NCBI GenBank assembly: GCA_949287425.1 | Contig: CASEGJ010000004.1 | Location: 325,727 to 389,726, forward strand | Source of the DNA: an uncultured Bacillales bacterium | Lineage (GTDB): Bacteria > Bacillota_I > Bacilli_A > RFN20 > CAG-288 | Length of the DNA: 64,000 bases | Direction: 5' to 3' | In this document: piece by piece, positions 50,004-60,819 of the stretch | Numbering within the stretch: position 1 is the stretch's first letter | Layout of the letters: each line of letters opens with the position of its first letter | Made by a program: the position numbers and the translations under genes | The notes under the pieces: generated by a model | Database searches by the model: none | The model's input: the letters and a program-made list of their open reading frames with translations, nothing else | Told to the model about the DNA's origin: nothing

Positions 50004-51707
50004 ATGACTGTTGAACAAAACGTTGAAAAATGGTTAGCCTCAAGCTTAGTTCCTGAATATTTAAAAGAAGAATTAAGAAATGCTAGCGCTGAGCAAAGGA
50101 ATGATTTTTTCTACAAAGATGTTGAATTTGGTACAGGTGGTATGCGTGGATTACTTGGTCCTGGACATAATAGAATGAACATCTTTACTGTTAGAAAGGT
50201 CACTGTTGGTTTTGCTAAATATCTTTTACAAACTTATAAAGATGCTAAATCAAGAGGGGTAGTAATTTCGTGTGATAATAGACATCATTCTCGTGATTTT
50301 GTCTTAGTTTCTAGCCAAGTATTGAATGATTTCGGCATTAAAACTTACATTTTTGATTCACTTCGTCCTACTCCACTACTTTCTTTTGCTACAAGATATA
50401 AAAACGCTGTTGGTGGAATTATGATTACCGCTTCTCATAACCCTAAAGAATATAACGGATATAAAGTTTATGATGATACTGGCTGTCAATTGATTCCTGA
50501 ACAGATTCAACCATTATTAGATATTATTGCTAATTTAGGTGATGAATTGGATTTAACTTATGAAGTTAGTCCTTCTAGAGGTGAACAAATAGTACTTACC
50601 AATGAAGTTGACGATGCTTTTATGGAAAAAGTTCATTCTGTCGCTATTAATAAAGATGATAAAAAAGTTACTAAGATTGTTTTCACTCCTCAATGTGGTA
50701 CTTCTTCAGTTTTAGGTAGAAGATTATTTAAAGAACTCGGATATGAATTCTATCCAGTTTTAAGTCAATGTGATCCTGATCCTGATTTTTCAACTACAAA
50801 ATCTCCTAACCCTGAAAAGAAAGAAGCATATGAAGAAGCTATTAAATTAGCTAAACAAGTTAAGGCAGATTTGATTTTAACTACTGATCCTGATGCCGAT
50901 AGATGTGGCCTTGGCTTTTTAAATTCTAAAGGTGAATACGAACTATTTACTGGAAATCAAACAGGTGCTTTACTTATCGATTATGTTTTATCAAATAGAA
51001 AAAGACTCAATTTATTAAAGCCTAATTCTATTATTTGCGATACTATTGTCACTTCAACTTTAGGTGAAAAAATCGCTCAAAACTACGGCGTTGGATACAA
51101 ATCTTTCTTAACGGGATTTAAATATATTGGACATGCTATCTTTGAAGCTGAATCGACTAAAGCCTTTACTTTTGAATTTGGATATGAAGAATCATATGGA
51201 TATATCTTTGATACATTCTGCCGTGATAAAGATTCATTAGAATCCTTATTGATGATTGCTGAAATGACCAATCATTATTTATTACAGGGAATTAGATTAG
51301 ATCAAGCTTTAGATAATTTATATAAACAATATGGTTATCATATTAATAAGTTATTTGATATCTATTTTGAAGGTGAAAAAGGACTTCAGGAAATGGCTAA
51401 TATCATGAATAAATTAAGAAACGATGATCTAGCTGAAATTAATGGGGTTAAAGTAACTAAAATTGAAGATTATCAACTTAAATTAGTTAAAGAAAATGGC
51501 AAATTAACTAAATTGGAAGGCTTCCCAGTTTCTAACGTTTTAAAATATTACCTTGAAGATGGTTCTTGGTTAGCTATTAGACCTAGTGGAACTGAACCTA
51601 AATGTAAGTTCTATTATGAAGCGGTTGATAAAGATGAAACAATCGCTAAATCTAAACCGGATAATTTCCACAATTACATTTTAAATTTGTTAGGTTTAAA
51701 AAAGTAA
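50004..51707 (+). CDS. Phosphoglucomutase/phosphomannomutase family phospho-sugar mutase
   Basis: FGTGGMRG, TASHNP, DPDADR, GYEESYG, RPSGTEPK. Confidence 0.95.
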   Translation: MTVEQNVEKWLASSLVPEYLKEELRNASAEQRNDFFYKDVEFGTGGMRGLLGPGHNRMNIFTVRKVTVGFAKYLLQTYKDAKSRGVVISCDNRHHSRDFVLVSSQVLNDFGIKTYIFDSLRPTPLLSFATRYKNAVGGIMITASHNPKEYNGYKVYDDTGCQLIPEQIQPLLDIIANLGDELDLTYEVSPSRGEQIVLTNEVDDAFMEKVHSVAINKDDKKVTKIVFTPQCGTSSVLGRRLFKELGYEFYPVLSQCDPDPDFSTTKSPNPEKKEAYEEAIKLAKQVKADLILTTDPDADRCGLGFLNSKGEYELFTGNQTGALLIDYVLSNRKRLNLLKPNSIICDTIVTSTLGEKIAQNYGVGYKSFLTGFKYIGHAIFEAESTKAFTFEFGYEESYGYIFDTFCRDKDSLESLLMIAEMTNHYLLQGIRLDQALDNLYKQYGYHINKLFDIYFEGEKGLQEMANIMNKLRNDDLAEINGVKVTKIEDYQLKLVKENGKLTKLEGFPVSNVLKYYLEDGSWLAIRPSGTEPKCKFYYEAVDKDETIAKSKPDNFHNYILNLLGLKK

Positions 51708-51713
51708 TCAATT

Positions 51714-51761
51714 AAAAAAACCCTTAGAAATATCATTAAATTGATGTAACTAAGGGTTTTT
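51714..51761. terminator. Bidirectional terminator
   Basis: AAAAACCCTTAG...CTAAGGGTTTTT between convergent genes. Confidence 0.8.
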
Positions 51762-51790
51762 AATTTAACTTAAATATAACAACAATATAA

Positions 51791-52615
51791 CTATAAATTG
51801 GAATTATCGTGAAGTAAAAGCTGTAAAGTCTTTCTAACTCCATCGTTATTATTTGTATCTAATGAGACCATATCGGCAGTGTGTTTAACAATAGGTGAAT
51901 CAGAATTTTTCATCGCAACGCCAATTCCAGCTTTAGAAATCATTTCCATATCGTTTTGAGCATCGCCAATGCAAATTATATTTTCGTTTTTTAGATTGTA
52001 TATTTTAGCAACTTGTTGAATAGAAGTGTATTTGTTAATTTGGTTGAAATAAAATTCAGCAATGTTAGTATTGGCCCAAAATCTAATATTGACATCTTCA
52101 GAAATAGAACCGACAAACTTTAAAATATCTTTAGATAATTCTCCATTTTTAATTTCAAACAAGGCTCCTAAAATATGCTTATTCGTTAACTTAGTAATAT
52201 CTCCATAGTGGACGTTAATGCCATTTTTGTAAGTGTAAGTCTGTAAGCTAGGGACATCTTTTTCAAAGTAGACATCTTTAAAAGTTTCAACCATGATATT
52301 TAGGAAAGATTGTTTTCCAAACTTGTCAACAATATCAAAAACTAATTCTAGAGGATAATTTACCTGATAGAGAATTTTATCATTTTGCTTTGGATCAATT
52401 ACCATTGCGCCATTATAACAAACTATCAAAGTGTTAAGTCCGATTTGATTGTAATAAGGTAAAACAGCTCTATATGGTCTTCCAGAAGCTAAACAGATTT
52501 TAACCCCTTTATCTTGTAGAGATTTTAAATAAGTTAAAGTTTCATTAGATATCGTTTTATCATCTTTAAGCAAAGTGCCATCTAAGTCAATAATTACTAA
52601 TGTGTCTTTTAACAT
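51791..52615 (-). CDS. Cof-type HAD hydrolase
   Basis: DLDGTLL, LASGR, GDAQNDMEM. Confidence 0.95.
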   Translation of the reverse strand: MLKDTLVIIDLDGTLLKDDKTISNETLTYLKSLQDKGVKICLASGRPYRAVLPYYNQIGLNTLIVCYNGAMVIDPKQNDKILYQVNYPLELVFDIVDKFGKQSFLNIMVETFKDVYFEKDVPSLQTYTYKNGINVHYGDITKLTNKHILGALFEIKNGELSKDILKFVGSISEDVNIRFWANTNIAEFYFNQINKYTSIQQVAKIYNLKNENIICIGDAQNDMEMISKAGIGVAMKNSDSPIVKHTADMVSLDTNNNDGVRKTLQLLLHDNSNL

Positions 52616-53610
52616 TATCTTAATCCTACTACTTTCATTATTCTCTCTAAGACAGGTTGAGCAACTTTGCTAGCTTTTTTAGCTCCACTAGCGAAGATTT
52701 CATTTAAATAAGCTTCATTTTTTCTATATTCTTCAAATTTAGCTTTGAAAGGAAGGAGTTCTTCTAAACAAGCATCAGCAACAGCTTTTTTAAATGTGCC
52801 ATAATTAGAGTTATTAAATTCATGTTCAGCTTGTGATATTTCAATGTTTTTAAAAGCGGAATAGATAGTTAATAAATTTGAAATCCCAGGTTTATTAACT
52901 GGATCATATTTAACAATTGAATCAGAATCAGTAACAGCTGACATTATCTTTTTTCTAATTGTCTTTTCATCATCTTGAAGATAGATAACACCTTTAGATT
53001 GATTAGGATCATCTGATTTAGACATTTTATGAAGCGGATCAGATAAAGACATGATTCTTTTTCCTACTTTAGGAGTATAAGAAGTAGGAAGTTTAATATA
53101 TTCTCCTTTATAACGGGAATTGAATCTTCTAGCGATATCGTGAGCGAGTTCAACATGTTGATTTTGATCTTCGCCAACAGGGACTAAGTCAGTATCGTAT
53201 AAAAAGATATCGCAAGCCATTAAAACAGGGTAAGTAAATAGGCCAACTCCAACTTTACTTTGATTCATGGCTTTTGATTTTTCTTTAAATTGAATCATTC
53301 TAGAAAGCTCACCCATATAGATGTAATTGATTAAAATAGTATCTAAAACAGAAACTTCATAGACGTCTGATTGTCTAAATAAAGTTGTTTTTTTAGGATC
53401 AAGACCACTAGCTAGATAAAAAGAAATAATATCGTAAGTAGTAGAATGAAGCAATTTAGAGTCAATAGGTAAAGTTAAAGCGTGAAGATCAGCTACAAAT
53501 ATAAAGACATCGTTTTCATCTTGAAATTTAGAAAAGTTTCTAAAAGATCCAAGATAGTTTCCTAATGTCATTTTTCCTGTAGGTTTTACACCTGAAAGTA
53601 CTCTTTTCAT
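52615..53610 (-). CDS. trpS: Tryptophanyl-tRNA synthetase
   Basis: TLGNYLG, VPVGEDQ, KMSKS. Confidence 0.97.
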   Translation of the reverse strand: MKRVLSGVKPTGKMTLGNYLGSFRNFSKFQDENDVFIFVADLHALTLPIDSKLLHSTTYDIISFYLASGLDPKKTTLFRQSDVYEVSVLDTILINYIYMGELSRMIQFKEKSKAMNQSKVGVGLFTYPVLMACDIFLYDTDLVPVGEDQNQHVELAHDIARRFNSRYKGEYIKLPTSYTPKVGKRIMSLSDPLHKMSKSDDPNQSKGVIYLQDDEKTIRKKIMSAVTDSDSIVKYDPVNKPGISNLLTIYSAFKNIEISQAEHEFNNSNYGTFKKAVADACLEELLPFKAKFEEYRKNEAYLNEIFASGAKKASKVAQPVLERIMKVVGLR

Positions 53611-53618
53611 ATATCCTC

Positions 53619-55292
53619 CTAGTTGTTTTCAAGATATTTGATAGCTAAATCAAATCTTCTATCAATTTCTTGTTTAGGTAAAATTTGTAAGATATCGTAT
53701 AAGTTAGGTGACATATTAGAAGTAGTTAAACTTATTCTAATCATATTAGCTATATCTCCAACATGCCCTTTATAGCTGTCTTTATTTTTCTTGTAGATTT
53801 TAAATTGACTAGCAAAACCATATTTTTCGCCTAGGGCTTTTAAAGATTCAAACCAATCTTGTTGATTTAAACTATAATCGTTAGTTTCCTTAAATGCTTT
53901 TAAGATAGAGATAGTTAATTGCTTATCGATATTAGGGTTAAAATCCAGTTTGGTAGTTTTAAACATCTCATCGAATTTTTCATTATAGAAGAAAGCGATA
54001 TGAGGGAGAATATCTGAATATTTTGTATAATCTTTTCTAGGTTTTTCTCCACCGCGTTCAATATTCATGATTCTTTCAAATTTAGAATAATCCTGATTTA
54101 TTAAATCTAAAAGATCTTTTGAATAAACTTCAGCCCATTTTTTAGCTTCACTAGAAATTTTTTCTTTAGAATAATAAGCTAGAGTTTCTTTGCAGATATT
54201 TTGCAATTTAGGTAAATCAAACAAAGCCCCATCTAACGACATTTTATTAAATGTAAATTTGAAGTTTGAAATATCTTCATTAGGATTAGCTAATAACCAT
54301 TCTTCGAAATTTGAGTTAGCAATGGTCATTAAATATTTGATAATTCCTTCAATAGGATAGCCTTCTTGCAAGAAATAGCTAACAGCTGCTTCAGGATCCT
54401 TTCTTTTTGAAAGTTTTCTTTTGTTGCCGTTATCTAATTTCATAATGACAGGTAAATGAGCGTATTTTGGCTTTTTAAAATTAAGAGCATCAAACAATTC
54501 AATATGAATAGGTAAACTAGAAATCCACTCTTCACCTCTAGTTACAACAGTTGTATGCATGAAATGGTCATCGCAGGCGTGAGCAAAATGGTAAGTAGGT
54601 AAACCATCAGATTTCATAATAACTATATCTTGGTCATTTTGAGTTAAATCTAAATCACCTCTAACTTCATCGTGAACTCTAATGTATTTAGTATGATCAC
54701 CATTAGATTTAAATCTAATAACAAACTTTTCACCATTTTCTATTTTTTGATAGGCTTCATCTATACTTAGATGTCTGCATTTTGCATATTCGCCATAATA
54801 ACCTGGAATAACTCTGTTAGCTTCTTGAGTTTGACGTAAAAGATTTAAATCTTCTTGAGTGCAAAAACACGGATAAGCTCTGCCTTGCTTAATAAGTTCT
54901 TTGATACAAATTTTATATATTTCAGCTCTTTTAGATTGAACATAAGGGCCATATTCGCCTTTTTCAAAATCGCCCATATAGCCTTCATCTTGAATTACTC
55001 CAAATTGTTCAAGTTGTTCAATTAACTGTTTACCTGAACCTTCAATTTCTCTTTTTTGATCAGTATCTTCTAATCTAAAATAGTAGATACCATTAGATTG
55101 TTTAGCAACTTTGTAAGCGACTAAAGCAGTAAAAAGAGAACCGGTATGTAAAAAACCAGTAGGGGAAGGAGCAAATCTAGTAACTTCTCCTTGTTGAGGT
55201 AATTGTCTTTCAGGATATTTTTTTTCTAAATCGTCAATAGTAAGATTAATATCCGGGAAAATTAAGTTAGCTAATTCTTCATAAGTATGCAT
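53619..55292 (-). CDS. gltX: Glutamyl-tRNA synthetase
   Basis: RFAPSPTGFLHTG, RLEDTDQKR, RGEEW, KLSKR. Confidence 0.95.
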   Translation of the reverse strand: MHTYEELANLIFPDINLTIDDLEKKYPERQLPQQGEVTRFAPSPTGFLHTGSLFTALVAYKVAKQSNGIYYFRLEDTDQKREIEGSGKQLIEQLEQFGVIQDEGYMGDFEKGEYGPYVQSKRAEIYKICIKELIKQGRAYPCFCTQEDLNLLRQTQEANRVIPGYYGEYAKCRHLSIDEAYQKIENGEKFVIRFKSNGDHTKYIRVHDEVRGDLDLTQNDQDIVIMKSDGLPTYHFAHACDDHFMHTTVVTRGEEWISSLPIHIELFDALNFKKPKYAHLPVIMKLDNGNKRKLSKRKDPEAAVSYFLQEGYPIEGIIKYLMTIANSNFEEWLLANPNEDISNFKFTFNKMSLDGALFDLPKLQNICKETLAYYSKEKISSEAKKWAEVYSKDLLDLINQDYSKFERIMNIERGGEKPRKDYTKYSDILPHIAFFYNEKFDEMFKTTKLDFNPNIDKQLTISILKAFKETNDYSLNQQDWFESLKALGEKYGFASQFKIYKKNKDSYKGHVGDIANMIRISLTTSNMSPNLYDILQILPKQEIDRRFDLAIKYLENN

Positions 55293-55310
55293 TTATATAA
55301 TTCCTTTCTT

Positions 55311-56384
55311 TTATTTTAATGGTTTAATATAGAAGTTACCAAAGACTTGATGAGATTGAATGACGTTGACGAAGGCATGTTCATCTAGTTCTTTTACAAA
55401 GTTGATAACTTGTTTAACTTCCGAAGAAGATACAGTCATATATATAAGTTTTCTAGGTTTACCAGTATAACCACCGATAGCATCGACAATAGTGCATCCA
55501 TGAGGGAAGATTCTCATCAGCTTTTGACCTAGCTCACTATCTGAAGTATTAATTTGAATTTCTGTTTTTTGATTTTTAATATTGATAATATCAGTTACTT
55601 TAGAATTAGTGATGAAATAAATAAGCGTATATAAAGTCATAGTAATTTCATCAAAACCACCGACTTTAATCGCATTAAATAAGGTATAACAAATAACAGT
55701 AATGCAGTTTAAGATAGCAGAGTATTTTCCAACACCGGTAGATTTTTTCTCAGCGATAGCAAAAGCGATAATATCAATTCCACCTGTTGAAGTTCCAATG
55801 ACATATGAAAGTCCAGAAGAGATTCCGGTAGTAACTCCACCAGCTAAGCCACGGGCGATGTAATCGTATTTAAACGAAGTAACTATATCGCTAGTGTCGC
55901 TAGTTTCAAAAATTGTAACCCAACTATCAGGTAGCGCTTGAATTAAAATGGAAGTGAGAATGACATTGATAAAAGTAATAATGGCGAACTTCTTACCTAT
56001 TTTAAACCAAGCTAAGAAAAATAATGGGACATTTACTAGAAAATAAAATAGAGATTGAATGTTTTTTTCGCTTTCAGCATTGAAATTTAAACCGCAAATT
56101 TCTAATAGTCTAGTTAAAACTTGAGCGACACCAGAAGCGCCTCCAGAAACTAATGCTGGAGCGTTGCCAGGTGAAATAAAAGCTCTAAAGCCAAAAGCAA
56201 AAGCAAAAGCAGAGATAAAAGTTACAAAAATAATAGTTAGATAATTAATGACTCTTCCTAAAGGATAGTGGTCTAAGCAAAACATTTCTAACTTTCTTTT
56301 AAATTTTTGCCACTTTGTTTTTTTATGAATAACAATGTGATGTTTGATTTTATCTAATTCTTCTTGAGTAGGTAATTTATCCAT
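55311..56384 (-). CDS. YitT family membrane protein with DUF2179
   Basis: SGGASGVA, NVPLF, STGGIDII, GGYTG, DEHAFV. Confidence 0.9.
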   Translation of the reverse strand: MDKLPTQEELDKIKHHIVIHKKTKWQKFKRKLEMFCLDHYPLGRVINYLTIIFVTFISAFAFAFGFRAFISPGNAPALVSGGASGVAQVLTRLLEICGLNFNAESEKNIQSLFYFLVNVPLFFLAWFKIGKKFAIITFINVILTSILIQALPDSWVTIFETSDTSDIVTSFKYDYIARGLAGGVTTGISSGLSYVIGTSTGGIDIIAFAIAEKKSTGVGKYSAILNCITVICYTLFNAIKVGGFDEITMTLYTLIYFITNSKVTDIINIKNQKTEIQINTSDSELGQKLMRIFPHGCTIVDAIGGYTGKPRKLIYMTVSSSEVKQVINFVKELDEHAFVNVIQSHQVFGNFYIKPLK

Positions 56385-56475
56385 AATTTGTAATATATTT
56401 CAATGTTTAATAAGTATCTATTTAATTATATAGGTAACGAAATCATTATTAAAGTAAAAATGCGGGTTATCTATT

Positions 56476-56501
56476 AAAAAAACCTACGTGTTAAGTAGGT
56501 T
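56476..56501 (-). terminator. Terminator after rpmF
   Basis: AACCTAC/GTAGGTT stem with an A-tract on the + strand. Confidence 0.7.
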
Positions 56502-56519
56502 AATTTAGAACATTATATT

Positions 56520-56711
56520 TTATTCAGCTTGTTTAGCTTTGACATCAAGAACCTTTTTGCCGTCGTAATATCCACATTTAGGACAAACGTGATGAGGTTT
56601 AATTGAAGCTCCGCAATTTGAGCATTCAACTAAGCCGACAGGACTTAATTTAAAATGGGTTCTTCTTAATGCTTTACGGGTTTTAGATGTTCTTCTTTGA
56701 GGTACTGCCAT
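56520..56711 (-). CDS. rpmF: 50S ribosomal protein L32 (Zn-binding form)
   Basis: [22 protein letters not shown]. Confidence 0.98.
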   Translation of the reverse strand: MAVPQRRTSKTRKALRRTHFKLSPVGLVECSNCGASIKPHHVCPKCGYYDGKKVLDVKAKQAE

Positions 56712-56746
56712 ATATATCTAACTCCTTTACTAACATACGCTGAAAT

Positions 56747-56775
56747 ATTATACATTTACGTTTTTTTAATGTCAA
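56747..56775 (-). promoter_or_regulatory. rpmF promoter
   Basis: Perfect TTGACA-17-TATAAT on the minus strand. Confidence 0.8.
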
Positions 56776-56940
56776 TTAAAAAATTCTCAGCGCCAAACTT
56801 CTTAATTATTATATATCAAAATATCGATATGTTAAATAAAAATTAATTTTAACAATAAGAGCAACGTAAAATTTTTGTACTTGTATATATTTAAATATTT
56901 TGTATAATAATTTAGTGTCTAGATTTTTCAAGGAGAAAAA

Positions 56941-57168
56941 ATGTTAGCTTTTGAAATTTTACTATTAGTATTCGCTATATTGCTTATTATTCTAGCTTTA
57001 CTAACTGGTCCTAAATCACAAGGTGCTTCTGGTGCTATTACTGGTGGTACTAACATGAATATATTTACTAAGACTAAGGAAAGAGGAGTAGATAAGATTA
57101 TCTCAATTATCACATTAGTATGTGGTATATTGTTCTTCTTATTTGCTATCTTAGCTCGTTACTTGTAA
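56941..57168 (+). CDS. secG: Preprotein translocase subunit SecG
   Basis: Two TMs, GASGAITGG, KERG; secG-rnr-smpB synteny. Confidence 0.92.
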   Translation: MLAFEILLLVFAILLIILALLTGPKSQGASGAITGGTNMNIFTKTKERGVDKIISIITLVCGILFFLFAILARYL

Positions 57169-57185
57169 TTATAATTTGATTATTT

Positions 57186-57205
57186 AGGGCTTTAAGCCCT
57201 TTTTC
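57186..57205 (+). terminator. Terminator after secG
   Basis: AGGGCT/AGCCCT + T-tract. Confidence 0.7.
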
Positions 57206-57234
57206 TTTGACAACAATATCATTAAGGAGGATAT

Positions 57235-59511
57235 ATGGATAGACAAGCTTTAATTAACTTTTTAAAAAAAGGTCCAAAAACTATAGATGAGATTGCTAAT
57301 CAATTTAAACTTAGAACTAACCAAGCTTCTAGTTATCTTAATGTTTATCTTGATTCAGGTTTGATAGTTGAAACTGTTTCTGGGTATGATTTAGCTAGTA
57401 GATATGGTTTAATTTTAGCTAGATTGGTTTTAAGAAAGACCAATTTTGCTTATCTTGAAGTTATTTCTTCTAATGAAAATAAAAAATATGAAGATATCAG
57501 AGTCTCTAATAGATCATTAAATGGATATATTCTTTCTGATATAGTTTATGTTCAATTTGACAATTTTAATACTGCTTCTATTGTTGGCTTATATAAAAGA
57601 GTTGAATATTTAACTGGAAATATTTATAAATCTCCTAAAGGTGGATTTAACCTTCATTCTCGCTTATTAGAAAATAGTTCGATTCAAGCTAGAATTGTTA
57701 CTAATTTAAACGATGTTAAACTTTCAGATGGCGATTTAGTTAAATGCAAAATAATTTCTAGCTATAAAGAATATATCGATTTAGAATTTGAAGAAGTATT
57801 AGTTAAAGCTAATCAAGTTGGAGCCGATATTTCTTCGATTATTGTTAATAATGACGCCCCGTTAAATTTTCCAAGTCAAGTTATTGAACAGGCTAAAATT
57901 ATGCCAAAAGAAGTTATTGAAACTGATTTGGAAAATCGCGTTGATTTTAGAAATGAGACAATAGTTACAATCGATGGAGAAGACGCTTTAGATTTCGATG
58001 ATGCTATTTCAGTTAAAAAGATAGCTAATGGTTTTGAATTGGGAGTATATATTGCTGATGTATCATATTATGTTAAACCTAATACTCCAATTGATGAAGA
58101 AGCTAATGTTAGAGGAACTTCTATTTATGTCGCTGATAGAGTTGTTCCGATGTTACCTGTTGAACTTTCCAATGGAATTTGTTCATTAAACCCACATGTC
58201 GATAGATTAGTTTTAGCTTGTATTATGCAAGTATCTTCTTCAGGTGAGGTTTATAGCTATAAAGTTTGTCAAGGCGTAATTAATTCTAAAGCTCGATTAA
58301 CTTATAGCCAGGTTAATTCTTATTATGAAACTAACAATAGTGAAAATCTCGACAAAAGCATCACTAAAATGCTCGATATAGCATTGCAATTAAGTCAAGC
58401 TATTAGAAAAAGAAGAGAAAGACAAGGAGCCTTAGATTTAGAATCAACTGAACTTAAATTCCACCTTGACGAAAATGGAAATCCAATTGAAATTTTGAAA
58501 AAAGAACAGGGAATTGGTGAAAAACTAATTGAAGATTTCATGATAGTTACAAATTGTTCTATCGCTAATTTTTTAGCAGAAAGAAATATACCGACTTTAT
58601 ATAGAATTCATGAAAATCCACCTGAAGATAAAATTAACACTTTCAAAATCTTTTTGAAAAATATTAAATTAGCTGCTGATTTTCCAAAGATAATAACTCC
58701 AGTTTCTCTTTCAGTTTGGTTTAATTCTATTAAAGATAAGAAACTGAGATTTGTCGTTTCTTCATTTTTGTTACGATCATTAGCGAAAGCTAAATATTCT
58801 CCATTAAATGAAGGGCATTTTGGTTTAGCTGAACCTTGTTATCTCCATTTTACTTCACCAATTAGACGTTATCCTGATTTGCTAGTTCACCGCACTATTA
58901 GAAATTATGTTTTTAATAGAGAAAAACTCAATTATTCAGAATATTTTACTTATATGACTAATCAAGGAATCTCCACTTCTAGTTCAGAAAGAAGAGCAAC
59001 TAGCATTGAAAGAGAAGTCGATGATTTAGAAGCGTGTAAGTATATGAAAAATCACATAGGTGAAACTTATAGTGGTATTATTACTAACATAGTTAGTAAG
59101 GGAATGTATCTTCAACTTGAAAATGGCATTGATTGTTATTTAGATATTGAAAATATCAATCCTGAAAAAGAATATACTTATTCTTCTAAACATTTTGACA
59201 TTCAATCAAAAAGAGGCAAATTCAATAAAAATGAGCCGATTGAATTATATAAATTAGGTCAAAGTCTCGATGTTGTTATTTCCAAGGTAACTTTTGAAGA
59301 TAAACAGATTCACGTAATTACTAAAACTTATGATCAATATCTTGAAAATTTGGAAAAATATAACATTGAAGTTGATAAGCAAGAAAAAGAATTTAAAAAG
59401 GCTAAAGATAATTCAAGAGTTAAAAAACATTTAGGAAGACGCTCTAAATCCTATTTGAAAAAACAAGGAAAGTCTTCAAGAGGTCACTATGGAAAAAAAG
59501 CGAGAAAATAA
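57235..59511 (+). CDS. rnr: Ribonuclease R
   Basis: TIDGEDALDFDDAIS, HFTSPIRRYPDL, S1 domain, basic tail. Confidence 0.95.
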   Translation: MDRQALINFLKKGPKTIDEIANQFKLRTNQASSYLNVYLDSGLIVETVSGYDLASRYGLILARLVLRKTNFAYLEVISSNENKKYEDIRVSNRSLNGYILSDIVYVQFDNFNTASIVGLYKRVEYLTGNIYKSPKGGFNLHSRLLENSSIQARIVTNLNDVKLSDGDLVKCKIISSYKEYIDLEFEEVLVKANQVGADISSIIVNNDAPLNFPSQVIEQAKIMPKEVIETDLENRVDFRNETIVTIDGEDALDFDDAISVKKIANGFELGVYIADVSYYVKPNTPIDEEANVRGTSIYVADRVVPMLPVELSNGICSLNPHVDRLVLACIMQVSSSGEVYSYKVCQGVINSKARLTYSQVNSYYETNNSENLDKSITKMLDIALQLSQAIRKRRERQGALDLESTELKFHLDENGNPIEILKKEQGIGEKLIEDFMIVTNCSIANFLAERNIPTLYRIHENPPEDKINTFKIFLKNIKLAADFPKIITPVSLSVWFNSIKDKKLRFVVSSFLLRSLAKAKYSPLNEGHFGLAEPCYLHFTSPIRRYPDLLVHRTIRNYVFNREKLNYSEYFTYMTNQGISTSSSERRATSIEREVDDLEACKYMKNHIGETYSGIITNIVSKGMYLQLENGIDCYLDIENINPEKEYTYSSKHFDIQSKRGKFNKNEPIELYKLGQSLDVVISKVTFEDKQIHVITKTYDQYLENLEKYNIEVDKQEKEFKKAKDNSRVKKHLGRRSKSYLKKQGKSSRGHYGKKARK

Positions 59512-59953
59512 CAAATTAATTGCTTCTAATCACAAGGCCAGATATCAATATTTTCTCGAAGATTTTTATGAAGCTGGTCTTGTATTAAAAGGTACTGAAA
59601 TTAAATCTCTTCGTTTGGGCCATTGTTCTATTAACGAATCTTATATTGATATTAAAAATGGCGAAGCGTTTATCTATGATATGGATATTCCTATTTATTC
59701 ACATGGAAATATCTTTAATCATGAACCAAAAAGAGTGAGAAAGTTGCTTTTAAATAAAAGAGAAATACTTAAATTATCTAATCAAGTTAAAATTAAAGGC
59801 TATACTATCGTTCCGACAAAGTGTTATTTAAAAGATGGTTTTGCTAAACTTGAAATAGCTTTAGCTAAAGGTAAAAACACTATTGATAAACGAGAAACTA
59901 TCAAGAAAAGAGATATTCAATTAGATATAGCTAAACAATTAAAAAGAGGATAA
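59489..59953 (+). CDS. smpB: SsrA-binding protein
   Basis: EAGLVLKGTEIKSLR, RKLLLNKREI, DKRETIK. Confidence 0.98.
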   Translation: MEKKRENNKLIASNHKARYQYFLEDFYEAGLVLKGTEIKSLRLGHCSINESYIDIKNGEAFIYDMDIPIYSHGNIFNHEPKRVRKLLLNKREILKLSNQVKIKGYTIVPTKCYLKDGFAKLEIALAKGKNTIDKRETIKKRDIQLDIAKQLKRG

Positions 59954-59954
59954 T

Positions 59955-60740
59955 ATGAAAAGATATCTAGCTAATTTAACTAAATATGTATCTATTTGCA
60001 GCATAATGATGGCTTTATCATTTGTTTTAAATAGATATGTTTCAATTTCTAGCACGTGGTTTAGAATAGGGATTTCTTCTACACCTATTGTAATTACAAG
60101 TGTTTTATTTGGCCCACTTTGGGGTGGATTAGTTGGATTAGGCTCAGATTTATTAGCGGCCTTTTTAGTGCCTCAAGGCGCTTATTTTATCGGCTATAGT
60201 ATCGATACCACTCTTATGGGTGTTTTGCCCTGGCTCAGTTTAAGATTATTTAAAGGACGTAGTAAAACCAAGTTTGTAATTTATACTATATTAGTAGCAG
60301 TTACATGTGCGATATCTATAGCATTTTGCAGTGAATTTGATGTTTTTAAAAAGCAAAATCTCGAATTGTATATAAGGATATTAATTCCTATCGGTGTAGC
60401 TATCTACTATGTAATTCTATTTGTAATTTACCAGTTTATTTTAAAAAAGCAGGGAAGATTTAAAGTATTTGTTAGAGAAGATGAAAAATATAGTTTATCA
60501 GATATATATTTAGCAATCTTTATTAATCACAGCATCATATCTTTATTTTTATTGCCGGCTTGGAATCTAATAACAGTTGAAATTAATTATTTGTTAACTA
60601 GTTTTACTCAAGTTATTATCTTTTTAGTTTCAGGGTTAGTTAATTCGCTTATTGTTTATTTTGTAATTAACAGTATTATTCAATCTAAAATATTAAGCTG
60701 GGTTAAATTGAAAAAATATAATTTACCGACAAAAAAATAG
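59955..60740 (+). CDS. ECF transporter S component (folate FolT-like, extended)
   Basis: ALSFVLNRY, LFGPLWGGLVG..D, GAYF. Confidence 0.75.
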   Translation: MKRYLANLTKYVSICSIMMALSFVLNRYVSISSTWFRIGISSTPIVITSVLFGPLWGGLVGLGSDLLAAFLVPQGAYFIGYSIDTTLMGVLPWLSLRLFKGRSKTKFVIYTILVAVTCAISIAFCSEFDVFKKQNLELYIRILIPIGVAIYYVILFVIYQFILKKQGRFKVFVREDEKYSLSDIYLAIFINHSIISLFLLPAWNLITVEINYLLTSFTQVIIFLVSGLVNSLIVYFVINSIIQSKILSWVKLKKYNLPTKK

Positions 60741-60819
60741 TCTAAAAATGAAAGATATTTTCATCTATTTATATCTAAGAAAATACTATATAATTTAAGA
60801 GTGATTTTTAGGAGAAAAC

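Noticed and set aside
52615-55310. T-box riboswitches before trpS/gltX
   Set aside because: Intergenic gaps are under 20 nt; no room for a T-box
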